Of a DNA stretch of 32,000 nt, positions 1 through 7,878 are shown piece by piece (position 1 is the first letter of the stretch; every line of letters begins with the position of its first letter). A program made the translations under genes and the position numbers. Origin of the DNA: Synechococcus sp. A15-24 (lineage in GTDB: Bacteria > Cyanobacteriota > Cyanobacteriia > PCC-6307 > Cyanobiaceae); assembly GCF_014280195.1 (NCBI RefSeq), contig NZ_CP047960.1, positions 960,001-992,000 on the forward strand, given 5' to 3'. The notes under the pieces are model-generated. The model searched no databases, was not told the origin of the DNA, and saw only the letters and a list, made by a program, of their open reading frames with translations.

Positions 1-677
1 AGCCGCAACCCCACCACACCGCACTTCGCCCGCAGTTCACCGCTGGGCATGTCCCGCAGCAGGCGGGCGTTGTTCACCCCCCGCAGCCGGCACCAGCGCG
101 CCAGTTTGCGGCCGATGCCCCAGACGTCCTCGATTGCGATGGTCTCGAGCCAGGCGTCGGGATCCGCGCAGTGGCCCAGATCGAAGATGCCGGCATGGGC
201 GGGGACTTGCTTGGCCAGGCGATTGGCCAGTTTCGCCTGGCTTTTGCTGGCCCCCAGGCCGATGGCGATCGGCAGCCCCAGGTCCTGGCGGACCCGGGCT
301 CGCAGGGATCGGCCCCAGGTCTGCAGGTCACCATCCTTCGGACGACGGACGCGCCCGAAGGCTTCGTCGATGGAATAGACCTCGAGCTCTTCGCAGTGAA
401 TCTCCAGCAGGCTCATCATCCGCTGGCTCATGTCGGCGTACAGGGCGTAGTTCGAACTGCGCACCACCACGTTCTGGCGTTCCAGCTCCTGACGCGCCTT
501 GAAATAGGGGGTCCCCATTGCAATGCCGAGGGCCCTGGCTTCTGCACTGCGGGCCACGATGCAGCCGTCGTTGTTGGAGAGCACGACGACGGGTTTGCCG
601 ATCAGGCTGGGGTCAAGGCTCTGTTCGCAGGAGGCGTAGAAGTTGTTGCCGTCGATCAGGGCGGTGGCAAGGCCCAT
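1..677 (-). CDS. umuC: Y-family translesion DNA polymerase UmuC (Pol V catalytic subunit), N-terminal ~225 codons; the gene runs off the left edge
   Basis: Absent from the ORF track because no stop lies in the window. Hand translation of the reverse strand from ATG 677..675 gives MGLATALIDGNNFYASCEQSLDPSLIGKPVVVLSNNDGCIVARSAEARALGI...SSNYALYADMS...YSIDEAF...VWGIGRK. This follows E. coli UmuC motif for motif. The + ORF 171..812 is its antisense shadow. The start lies 1 nt after the umuD stop (TGAcATG). Confidence 0.85.
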   Translation of the reverse strand, partial: MGLATALIDGNNFYASCEQSLDPSLIGKPVVVLSNNDGCIVARSAEARALGIAMGTPYFKARQELERQNVVVRSSNYALYADMSQRMMSLLEIHCEELEVYSIDEAFGRVRRPKDGDLQTWGRSLRARVRQDLGLPIAIGLGASKSQAKLANRLAKQVPAHAGIFDLGHCADPDAWLETIAIEDVWGIGRKLARWCRLRGVNNARLLRDMPSGELRAKCGVVGLR

Positions 678-678
678 G

Positions 679-1110
679 TCAGAGCGGATGGATCACGTGG
701 ATGGCCACCCCCCAGATCTGCACGTCACCGCATCGATGCAGCTCCAGGGGTGGGTAAGCGGGATTGGCGGCCTCCAAGCGCAGGCGGCCATGGTGCTGGA
801 CCAGGCGTTTGAGGGTGAATTCCCCGTCCAGTACCGCCACCACCACCCGACCCGGCCGTGGATCCAGGCTGCGATCCACCACCAGCAGATCACCGTCGTG
901 GATGCCGGCTCCGAGCATGGATTCGCCGCTGACGCGCAGAAAGAATGTGCTGGTGGGATGGCGGATCAGCTGGTCGTTGAGGTCGATCCCCACCTCCACG
1001 TAGTCATCGGCCGGCGAGGGGAAGCCGGCGGCCACCCGTTCGCCGGCCAGGGGAAGACTCAGGCGGGTTCGCCGGGGCTGCAGCGGAAGTGGCTGGTGGC
1101 GGACGTCCAT
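679..1110 (-). CDS. umuD: UmuD-like S24 peptidase (LexA-family self-cleaving SOS mutagenesis protein)
   Basis: This is the C-terminal 143 codons of track ORF 679..1245, starting at ATG 1110 (MDVRHQPL...). It carries an AAG-FPSPADDY cleavage-site region, the GESM catalytic Ser motif, DGDLLVVDR and the FTLKRL Lys motif. It sits immediately upstream of umuC. Confidence 0.85.
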   Translation of the reverse strand: MDVRHQPLPLQPRRTRLSLPLAGERVAAGFPSPADDYVEVGIDLNDQLIRHPTSTFFLRVSGESMLGAGIHDGDLLVVDRSLDPRPGRVVVAVLDGEFTLKRLVQHHGRLRLEAANPAYPPLELHRCGDVQIWGVAIHVIHPL

Positions 1111-1134
1111 CACGGGCAAGCAAGCCTGCTTGAA

Positions 1135-1149
1135 TAGTACTGATGTATT
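1135..1149. promoter_or_regulatory. Candidate LexA (SOS) box in the divergent umuD / hypothetical-gene intergenic region
   Basis: TAGTACTGATGTATT lies 25-39 nt upstream of the umuD ATG. It fits the cyanobacterial LexA consensus RGTAC-N3-DGTWCB except for one position (final C is T). Confidence 0.4.
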
Positions 1150-1176
1150 GGTCGCAGTGTGCTCGCTCCGGTGAGG

Positions 1177-1590
1177 ATGGTGTCTCTGGATTGGGATTGG
1201 ATGGCTGACTCGCCGTATCTGGTCGCGCTGGCGTTGATCGATCAAGGGGGGCGTCGGGCATTGCCGCTGGCGGGGAAGTCCCAGGCTCTGGTGGCGGCCG
1301 AGGGCGATGCCCCGGATCAGCTCGGCAAGGAGCTGGCCCTGGATCTGCTGCTGCGGGTGTGGCAGCGCAGTGATGACGGCCCTCTGCAGAGGGCAGCGGC
1401 TGCAGACAGCCTGCTGCTGGTGGAGTTGCCGATGGAACGACTGCCGGAGGACTTGCCGCAGATCAAGGCCGACTGGCTCAGCAGCGGCGACACAACTGCC
1501 TGCCTGGAGGCTCTGCAGCGGATCTGCTCGAGGGCCTGGCGACTGTCCAGCGAGAAGTTCAAGCCGGTGGCGCTGACGCCGGTGTGGTGA
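1177..1590 (+). CDS. Hypothetical protein, divergent from umuD
   Basis: Track ORF 1159..1590 begins with GTG, and in-frame ATGs lie at 1177 and 1201. The sequence is protein-like (LVALALIDQGG...LALDLLLRVWQRS...) but has no recognisable domain. The start is uncertain. Confidence 0.45.
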   Translation: MVSLDWDWMADSPYLVALALIDQGGRRALPLAGKSQALVAAEGDAPDQLGKELALDLLLRVWQRSDDGPLQRAAAADSLLLVELPMERLPEDLPQIKADWLSSGDTTACLEALQRICSRAWRLSSEKFKPVALTPVW

Positions 1591-2158
1591 GGGGTTCCTG
1601 AGCCCAGATGTTCACGGCCACGGAGTAACGCTCTCCTTCCAGAGGATTGATCCGGTGCAGCAGTCCAGGGGAGAACAGCACCAGGCGGTTGCGCACCGGG
1701 GGGATCGAGATCACCGAGCGGAACTGAGGCAACGGACCGCTGTGCCCTGAGGTGATGGGGGTGTTGTCGGCCAACAGCAGCTCGCCACCGGCGCAGCTGA
1801 CGTGGGGATAGAAGACCGTCGACAACAGCGGCAGCAGATAAGCCCCGCTGCGGCGCCCTTCAACTTCATCCTTGTCGATGTGCCAGTCGAGATCGTTGTT
1901 GACGTTGCACCACTACTCCACGCCAGCACCCTTGCCACAGAACGGGCTGGAGACAGGCAGCAGATGCTCGTCGAGGTAACGCTCCATCAGCTGTCGCTGC
2001 TCGAGGGCATGGATCGAGCGCGAACTGTCGTCGTCAGCACGCCAGCTGAACAGGGCGTCACCGGGATGGGTCTGCTTGAGCTCGCCATGAACCACGCAGA
2101 GCTGGCGCAGCGCCTCCAGCAGATCCGCCGGCAGCAGGTTGTCGACCACGTGCAACAT
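1559..2158 (-). pseudogene. 2OG-Fe(II) oxygenase (prolyl-4-hydroxylase-like) interrupted by one in-frame TAG at 1913..1915
   Basis: Track ORFs 1913..2158 and 1559..1825 are in the same frame (2158-1825=333). The codons between them read WCNVNNDLDWHIDKDEVEGRRSGAYLLPLL. Together this gives a 200-codon frame with H-x-D (WHIDKD), a distal His (LLHRINP) and R-x-S (GERYSVAV). The only interruption is the TAG. Confidence 0.7.
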
Positions 2159-2163
2159 CAGTC

Positions 2164-2598
2164 TCAGGCGCGGTGGTAAGGGCTCCCTTGCAGGATCGCC
2201 TGGGCGCGGAACAACTGCTCGATCAGCATCAAACGAGCCAGCTCATGGGGGAAGGTCATCGGCGACAGGCTCAATTGCCAGTGGGCACGGCCCTTGAGTT
2301 CGTTGGTCAATCCGTCAGCACCACCGATCACGAAGGCGAGCCGTTGGTTGCCGAGCTGGTCAAGGCGCCGGGCGAAGGGGATGGACCCAACAGCATCGCC
2401 CTCTTCCATCAGTGCGATCAGGTGCTCATTCGGTCGTAGCGATGAGCGGATGGACTCCGCTTCCTTGTCCGGTGTGCTGTCTCGAATCTCGATGATCTCC
2501 AGCCCGGGAAGCCGTTTGCGGTAGAGCTCGATGCCGTCCTTGATCCAACTGCGGCGGACTTTGCCCACGGCAAGGATGCGGCAGCGGGAGGGATTCAA
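2164..2598 (-). CDS. rlmH: 23S rRNA (pseudouridine1915-N3)-methyltransferase RlmH (SPOUT family)
   Basis: Contains [10 protein letters not shown]...[18 protein letters not shown] and [23 protein letters not shown], which are typical RlmH motifs. The start is TTG at 2598 and overlaps the upstream gene's stop (TTGA). Confidence 0.9.
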   Translation of the reverse strand: MNPSRCRILAVGKVRRSWIKDGIELYRKRLPGLEIIEIRDSTPDKEAESIRSSLRPNEHLIALMEEGDAVGSIPFARRLDQLGNQRLAFVIGGADGLTNELKGRAHWQLSLSPMTFPHELARLMLIEQLFRAQAILQGSPYHRA

Positions 2599-3017
2599 GG
2601 GGTGTCTTCGTCGTCCTCCAGCAGCAACTGGCCAAAGGCCACGTAGAGACTTTCCTCTTCACTCCCGGGTGTGACCTTGGAGGGTTTGGGGCGTGTGTTC
2701 TTTCCTTTGCCGGAGTTTGTCTTCGGCAGTGGCGGAAGCTCCTGGGCCGAGCTTGGCGGGGGGCTTTCGGTTGATGGCCGGGGGGTGCGCTTGGCCTCCA
2801 GTTGTTTCAGCCGCGCCATGAGGTGTTCCGGAACCGTCCCGTCCTCACTGACCTTCATCAGTTCGCGGAACAGTTCCTCGGGGTTGTCCTCGGTTTCAAC
2901 CTTGTGGCGCACCTGCTGTGCCTTCGGGCTCACGGGCGGTTTCGGTTCCGGCAACGCTTGGGGAAGCGTCCGGCCGAGCTCGCGCAGGCGGTCCAGGCTG
3001 CGGGGGTCGAAACTCAT
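2595..3017 (-). CDS. Hypothetical Pro/Glu/Lys-rich protein
   Basis: ATG at 3017 ([15 protein letters not shown]...) lies 4 nt after the stop of the upstream pentapeptide gene. The acidic C-terminus is [10 protein letters not shown]. No domain recognised. Confidence 0.55.
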   Translation of the reverse strand: MSFDPRSLDRLRELGRTLPQALPEPKPPVSPKAQQVRHKVETEDNPEELFRELMKVSEDGTVPEHLMARLKQLEAKRTPRPSTESPPPSSAQELPPLPKTNSGKGKNTRPKPSKVTPGSEEESLYVAFGQLLLEDDEDTP

Positions 3018-3021
3018 CGGA

Positions 3022-3510
3022 TCAACCGCAGCCGAGGCTGTCCCGGGTGGACCGGCCCGTGACCGGATTTGTGCCGTTCGCAACGGCACACAGGCTCTTG
3101 AGTTGATCGCCCCGCATCGGGACGTCGGTGAAATCGGCGCCGCTGATGGTCACATCCACGAAGCGGGTGTTGAAGGCGAAGGCTCCTTCCAGAACGGCGT
3201 TGGAGAGATTGGTGCCCGTCATCACCGCTGCATCCAGGGTGGCTTCCCGCAGGTCCGTTCCACTCAGATCTGCGTCCTGAAGCTTGGCGCCATAGAGCGA
3301 TGCGCCCCTCAGGTCTGATCCGGACAGGTTGGCTTCCCGCAGGTTGCTGAGGTTGAACGTGGCGCCGCGGAGATCCTTCCCGGAGTAGTCCGAGCCGATC
3401 AGTACTTGTTTGGCCACGTCCATGGCAGCACTGACCTGTGCCGGACCAGCCAGGACGAGCAGCAGACCAAGAGCAGCTGCCGCAACCAGGGACAACAGGC
3501 GGGAACCCAT
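3022..3510 (-). CDS. Pentapeptide-repeat protein with N-terminal signal peptide (thylakoid-lumen type)
   Basis: From ATG 3510 it reads MGSRLLSLVAAAALGLLLVLAGPAQVSA-A. This is followed by tandem A(D/N)LxX pentapeptides (DLRGATFNLSNLREANLSGSDLRGASLYGAKLQDADLSGTDLREATL...). Confidence 0.85.
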   Translation of the reverse strand: MGSRLLSLVAAAALGLLLVLAGPAQVSAAMDVAKQVLIGSDYSGKDLRGATFNLSNLREANLSGSDLRGASLYGAKLQDADLSGTDLREATLDAAVMTGTNLSNAVLEGAFAFNTRFVDVTISGADFTDVPMRGDQLKSLCAVANGTNPVTGRSTRDSLGCG

Positions 3511-3588
3511 CCGATAAACCACTGACTCCGAAACCTTAATGGGCTCGAGCAGAGGGGAATCCTTCGAAACTGTGTGAATCGCATTCCG

Positions 3589-3942
3589 ATGAAAATGCAG
3601 CCCCCCGGCGCCCAGGCGGAAACCCTGGTGTCCTCGCTTCTGCAACGGCAGGGTTGGCAGCTGCTGGATCGCAACTGGAGCTGTCGCTGGGGCGAACTTG
3701 ATCTTGTCCTGCACAAGAACGAGCAACTGCTTGTGGTGGAAGTCAAGGGGCGCCGTTCATTGGCCTGGGGGCCACGGTCTGTGGATCCAACAAAGCGGCG
3801 CCGGCTGGGGCGGGCGATCCGTTGCTGGCGTGCTGAGCATCCGATGCAGGCGGACTGGTTGCTTCAGGTGGCCGTCGCCGTGGTGCCGTTGCCACCGGCC
3901 CAGGGAGCCCCACGTTGGTACAGGCTGGATCGGTTGTGCTGA
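3589..3942 (+). CDS. YraN-family (UPF0102) endonuclease-like protein
   Basis: Contains GAQAETLVSSLLQRQGWQLLDRNWSCRWGELDLVL...LLVVEVKGR, the UPF0102 signature. The ATG is at 3589; the track start at 3574 is GTG. Confidence 0.8.
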   Translation: MKMQPPGAQAETLVSSLLQRQGWQLLDRNWSCRWGELDLVLHKNEQLLVVEVKGRRSLAWGPRSVDPTKRRRLGRAIRCWRAEHPMQADWLLQVAVAVVPLPPAQGAPRWYRLDRLC

Positions 3943-3966
3943 TCCAGCGCTGATCCGTGGATTGGC

Positions 3967-4245
3967 TCAAGCGAGCCATCGGGTGACCACTGTGCCGTCA
4001 TAAATGTGCCCTGAGGCTTCAACAGTTGGCTTGGTTTCTGGATTGCTGAAGATGTCGTAGAGGACATTTTCAGGGCCTTGAAACATGACGGTCGCACGTC
4101 CGGGATCGTCTTTGCAGACTCCGATATAGAAGGTTTTGACGCCCATTTCTGCAAACATTGCTTGCTGCTCAGGAGCATTCATCCATGCGCGGTATTCATC
4201 AAACGTGTTGCTGAGCTTGAAATCCAGAACTGTTGTTTCGATCAT
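3967..4245 (-). CDS. Small conserved-looking hypothetical protein (92 aa) in a lower-GC patch
   Basis: Clean ATG ORF with a globular-looking sequence (MIETTVLDFKLSNTFDEYRAWMNAPEQQAMFAEMGVKTFYIGVC...). Resembles small picocyanobacterial DUF proteins, but I cannot name the family with certainty. Confidence 0.6.
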   Translation of the reverse strand: MIETTVLDFKLSNTFDEYRAWMNAPEQQAMFAEMGVKTFYIGVCKDDPGRATVMFQGPENVLYDIFSNPETKPTVEASGHIYDGTVVTRWLA

Positions 4246-4334
4246 CGCTCTAACAAAAGAAGATTCATTTCATCAGAGGTCTTCCGCACGTGATGTGTTT
4301 CGTCGCACAGGTCGCTGAGGACGTTGACCTCTGA

Positions 4335-4445
4335 TCAGATGGTTTCCTCGCGGCCAGCTTTGATCTGCTCTCTGGCTGAAAGAAGTCCAACGGCAAGCAA
4401 CACCAGAAGTCCAGCGTTGATGCCGATGAAGAACATGGTGTCCAT
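4335..4445 (-). CDS. Candidate 36-aa single-TM micro-protein
   Basis: Hand-found, below the track cutoff. Runs from ATG 4445 to TGA 4335 and reads MDTMFFIGINAGLLVLLAVGLLSAREQIKAGREETI. It has a hydrophobic helix plus a charged tail. No match to the PSII, PSI or cyt b6f small subunits that I can recall. Confidence 0.3.
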   Translation of the reverse strand: MDTMFFIGINAGLLVLLAVGLLSAREQIKAGREETI

Positions 4446-4542
4446 GACAAAGAAGCAGCTCGTCCCTTGATAAGGAGATGCGGCAAGACAGCCCATCCGT
4501 CAAAAGACTCACCCAGTTAGGGGAGAGCGTTGCCCTGTTCGA

Positions 4543-4558
4543 TCCCTCAATTGAGGGA
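4543..4558. repeat. 16-bp perfect palindrome TCCCTCAATTGAGGGA
   Basis: Read directly from the sequence. It lies in the divergent intergenic region, 69 nt upstream of the rsmA ATG. Possible operator. Confidence 0.5.
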
Positions 4559-4626
4559 GCTGGTCTGCATTGCGACACGCTGGTAGGAGATCGACCGTCC
4601 GCTGGCGCAACTTCGACAGTTCAACC

Positions 4627-5535
4627 ATGGGTTTTCAAGGTCACCAGGCCCGCAAGCGCTTTGGCCAGCATTGGTTAAAGGATCAGACGGTGCTGGATCG
4701 CATCGTGGCAGCCGCTGACCTGCAGCAATCGGATCGCGTGTTGGAGGTGGGACCGGGGCGTGGTGCTCTCACGGAACGGTTGCTGTCCTCCCCGGCAGCG
4801 GCAGTTCAGGCCGTGGAATTGGATCGCGATCTGGTGGATGGCCTGCGGGAACGCTTTGCCGCAGATCCGCGGTTCAGCCTGCGTCAGGGGGATGTGCTGG
4901 AGCTGCCGCTGCAACTGGAGGGCGGCGTTGCAGCCAGCAAAGTGGTGGCCAATATTCCGTACAACATCACAGGCCCGCTGTTGGATCGACTGGTGGGTCG
5001 ACTCGATCGCCCTGTCGAGCCCCCTTATCAGCGTCTAGTGCTGTTGGTGCAGAAGGAGGTGGCTGAGCGCATCCGGGCTCGCCCGGGCGATAGCAGCTTC
5101 AGTGCCTTGAGTGTTCGGATGCAGTTGCTGGCCCGTTGTACGACGGTCTGCCCTGTACCCCCACGCTGCTTTCAGCCACCGCCGAAGGTGCAGTCGGAGG
5201 TGATTCAGATCGATCCTCTGCCGGCTGATCAGCGGTTGCCTTCTGACATCGCCCGTCAGGTGGAATCGTTGCTCAGGCAAGCCTTCCTGGCCCGTCGCAA
5301 GATGTTGCGCAACACCCTGGCATCACTTGCTCCGGAGCCACAGCTGCAGGCGCTGGCCGCCGCTGCAGGGTTTCAGCTGCTACAACGGCCCCAGGAGTTG
5401 GCTCCGCAGGTCTGGGTTGCCCTGGCCAGGGGCTTGAATCAGGGCATTGATGCGGCCTCCGCTGATGGGCACGATCACGGTGACGGCTCCGGCCAAGGTG
5501 AACCTTCACCTGGAGGTGCTCGGGATCAGACCTGA
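4627..5535 (+). CDS. rsmA: 16S rRNA (adenine1518/1519-N6)-dimethyltransferase RsmA/KsgA
   Basis: From ATG 4627 it reads [62 protein letters not shown]. The C-terminal tail overlaps ispE. Confidence 0.9.
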   Translation: MGFQGHQARKRFGQHWLKDQTVLDRIVAAADLQQSDRVLEVGPGRGALTERLLSSPAAAVQAVELDRDLVDGLRERFAADPRFSLRQGDVLELPLQLEGGVAASKVVANIPYNITGPLLDRLVGRLDRPVEPPYQRLVLLVQKEVAERIRARPGDSSFSALSVRMQLLARCTTVCPVPPRCFQPPPKVQSEVIQIDPLPADQRLPSDIARQVESLLRQAFLARRKMLRNTLASLAPEPQLQALAAAAGFQLLQRPQELAPQVWVALARGLNQGIDAASADGHDHGDGSGQGEPSPGGARDQT

Positions 5536-6394
5536 CGGTTTTCATGAGCTGGCGATGGTGATGCAGAGCATCGATCTCGCCGATCGCCTCAGCTTTCAAA
5601 CCACGGCCGATGCCGCACTGACGCTCAGCTGTGACGATCCGTCCCTCAGCCTTGGTGAGGACAACCTGGTGATCAGGGCCGCTCAGTTGCTGCGTAGCCG
5701 CTCCGGTTTCAGTGAATTGGGTGCTGCCATCCACCTGGAGAAACGCATTCCCATCGGTGCCGGCCTCGCCGGAGGGTCCAGTGATGGTGCCGCCGCTCTG
5801 GTGGGACTGAATACGCTCTGGGGTCTGGGCCACAGCCGTTCAGACCTGGAGCGGTTTGCAGCTGAACTCGGTTCCGACATGCCCTTCTGCGTGGCGGGGG
5901 GCAGTCAGCTCTGTTTCGGTCGCGGCGAGCTGCTGGAGCCGTTGCCGGCTGTGCAGGAGTTCCTGGCGGTGCTGCTGGTGAAGGATCCACGCGTGAGTGT
6001 GTCGACTCCGTGGGCCTATCGCCTCTGCCGGGAGTTGCAGGGTGATCGCTACCTGCAGGGAGAGGACGCCTTCGAGCAACGCCGACAGGTCTTGCGAGAC
6101 ATGGCCTGGACCCAACCGATCCGTGCGGCGGAGCCGCCACCATTGCGAAACGATCTGCAGGCGGTTGTGGAGCCTGAGACCCCAGCGGTTCAGGCGGCGC
6201 TTCGCTTGCTGTCCACCCTTGAAGGCACACTTGCCGTCGCCATGAGCGGATCGGGCCCCAGTTGTTTTGCACTGTTTGCAGATCCAACCAGCTGTGCGGC
6301 GGCCCAGGCCACGCTTGAACAGCAACTTGCTGCGGAGGGATTGCAAAGCTGGTGCTGCAATTTGCGACCGGACGGCGTGAGGATCGACGCATGA
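5450..6394 (+). CDS. ispE: 4-diphosphocytidyl-2-C-methyl-D-erythritol kinase (MEP pathway)
   Basis: Contains [31 protein letters not shown] and the GHMP motif [16 protein letters not shown]. Possible starts are ATG 5450 and ATG 5465; the track start 5447 is TTG. Confidence 0.9.
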   Translation: MRPPLMGTITVTAPAKVNLHLEVLGIRPDGFHELAMVMQSIDLADRLSFQTTADAALTLSCDDPSLSLGEDNLVIRAAQLLRSRSGFSELGAAIHLEKRIPIGAGLAGGSSDGAAALVGLNTLWGLGHSRSDLERFAAELGSDMPFCVAGGSQLCFGRGELLEPLPAVQEFLAVLLVKDPRVSVSTPWAYRLCRELQGDRYLQGEDAFEQRRQVLRDMAWTQPIRAAEPPPLRNDLQAVVEPETPAVQAALRLLSTLEGTLAVAMSGSGPSCFALFADPTSCAAAQATLEQQLAAEGLQSWCCNLRPDGVRIDA

Positions 6395-6708
6395 GCTCCT
6401 CCGACCCCAAGACAACTTCTCCAGCGGAGCAACCCCGTAAGGGACCCCTGAGTTTTTTGTCCGGTGCCGTCACCGCAGGTCTGCTTGCCTGGCTGGCATT
6501 GGGGCTCAGCCGAAGGATGGTGGTGTACTTCGCCGTTCATCCGCCCCACTACAGCTCACCGATCGCCCAGAACATTGCGGTGTCGCTCAAGACGCTGCTG
6601 GTGGGGCTGTCCTTTCTGGCCACCTTCAGCACGGCGTTTGTGGCGCTGGGGCTCACGCTGGTGTTTCTTCGCAGTGTCTTCACAGGTCCTTCGAACGACC
6701 CTGCCTAG
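6391..6708 (+). CDS. Small membrane protein, DUF3082-like
   Basis: ATG 6391 overlaps the ispE stop (ATGA). It reads [39 protein letters not shown]... and has two predicted TM segments. The family assignment is from memory. Confidence 0.7.
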   Translation: MSSSDPKTTSPAEQPRKGPLSFLSGAVTAGLLAWLALGLSRRMVVYFAVHPPHYSSPIAQNIAVSLKTLLVGLSFLATFSTAFVALGLTLVFLRSVFTGPSNDPA

Positions 6709-6732
6709 CGTCGAATCGACAGACCTCTGTTG

Positions 6733-6828
6733 ATGACTCCCCACGACCTCGGGCAACTGGCGCTGCTGCTGTCTCCAGCGATGCTTCTGTCCGTGTTGCT
6801 GCTATTCACCTTCGCCGCCGGCGGTTGA
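6733..6828 (+). CDS. Candidate 31-aa hydrophobic micro-ORF
   Basis: Hand-found. Reads MTPHDLGQLALLLSPAMLLSVLLLFTFAAGG, between the DUF3082-like gene and pdhB. Could be chance in GC-rich DNA. Confidence 0.25.
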   Translation: MTPHDLGQLALLLSPAMLLSVLLLFTFAAGG

Positions 6829-6890
6829 GGCCACCCAGGCTGAGATAGCTTGGCCGCTCACCCCGGAATGGCCGGGATCGCAGCGACGCC

Positions 6891-7874
6891 GTGGCAGGAA
6901 CCCTTCTCTTCAACGCCCTGCGGGAAGCCATCGACGAGGAGATGGCCCGCGACCCTTACGTCTGCGTGATGGGTGAGGACGTCGGTCACTACGGCGGCAG
7001 CTACAAGGTCACCAAGGATCTCTGCGAGAAGTACGGCGATCTGCGGGTGCTGGATACCCCGATTGCGGAGAACGGCTTCACCGGTATGGCGGTCGGTGCG
7101 GCCATGACCGGCCTGCGGCCGATCGTGGAAGGCATGAACATGGGCTTTTTGCTGCTCGCCTTCAACCAGATCTCCAACAACATGGGGATGTTGAGGTACA
7201 CCAGCGGAGGCAATTTCACGATCCCCACGGTGGTGCGCGGCCCCGGTGGTGTGGGCCGTCAGCTTGGAGCAGAGCACAGCCAGCGCCTGGAGGCCTATTT
7301 CCACGCGGTTCCTGGCATCAAGATCGTGGCTTGCAGCACGCCGACCAACGCCAAGGGTTTGATGAAGGCAGCTATCCGGGACAACAACCCGGTTCTGTTC
7401 TTCGAGCATGTGCTGCTCTACAACCTCAGCGAGGAACTCCCTGAGGGTGAGTTCACCTGTGTCCTCGATCAGGCGGATCTCGTGCAGGAAGGCAGCGACG
7501 TGACGATCCTCACGTACTCCCGCATGCGTCACCACTGCCTAAAGGCGGTGGAACAACTGGAGGCCGATGGCATCAGCGTGGAGCTGATTGATCTGATCAG
7601 TCTCAAACCCTTCGACATGGAGACCATCGGTCGGTCCATCCGCAAGACCCATCGGGTGATCGTTGTGGAGGAGTGCATGAAGACCGGTGGCATCGGTGCC
7701 GAGTTGATCGCCCTGATCACCGAGCAGTGCTTCGATGAACTCGATGCCCGCCCTGTGCGGCTCTCCAGTCAGGACATCCCCACGCCCTACAACGGCTCCC
7801 TTGAGAATCTGACCATCATTCAGCCCCATCAGATCGTCGAAGCTGCCCAACAGATGGTCCATCAAGGGGTTTGA
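6891..7874 (+). CDS. pdhB: Pyruvate dehydrogenase E1 component beta subunit
   Basis: GTG start, then [43 protein letters not shown]...[22 protein letters not shown]. Full-length match to cyanobacterial PdhB. Confidence 0.95.
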   Translation: MAGTLLFNALREAIDEEMARDPYVCVMGEDVGHYGGSYKVTKDLCEKYGDLRVLDTPIAENGFTGMAVGAAMTGLRPIVEGMNMGFLLLAFNQISNNMGMLRYTSGGNFTIPTVVRGPGGVGRQLGAEHSQRLEAYFHAVPGIKIVACSTPTNAKGLMKAAIRDNNPVLFFEHVLLYNLSEELPEGEFTCVLDQADLVQEGSDVTILTYSRMRHHCLKAVEQLEADGISVELIDLISLKPFDMETIGRSIRKTHRVIVVEECMKTGGIGAELIALITEQCFDELDARPVRLSSQDIPTPYNGSLENLTIIQPHQIVEAAQQMVHQGV

Positions 7875-7878
7875 TTTG

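Noticed and set aside
171-812. 213-aa plus-strand ORF at the left edge
   Set aside because: It is antisense to umuC and umuD, whose translations match known families. It has no motifs of its own.
5709-6473. 254-aa and 191-aa minus-strand ORFs
   Set aside because: They are antisense to ispE and have Pro/Arg/Ala-rich shadow-frame composition.
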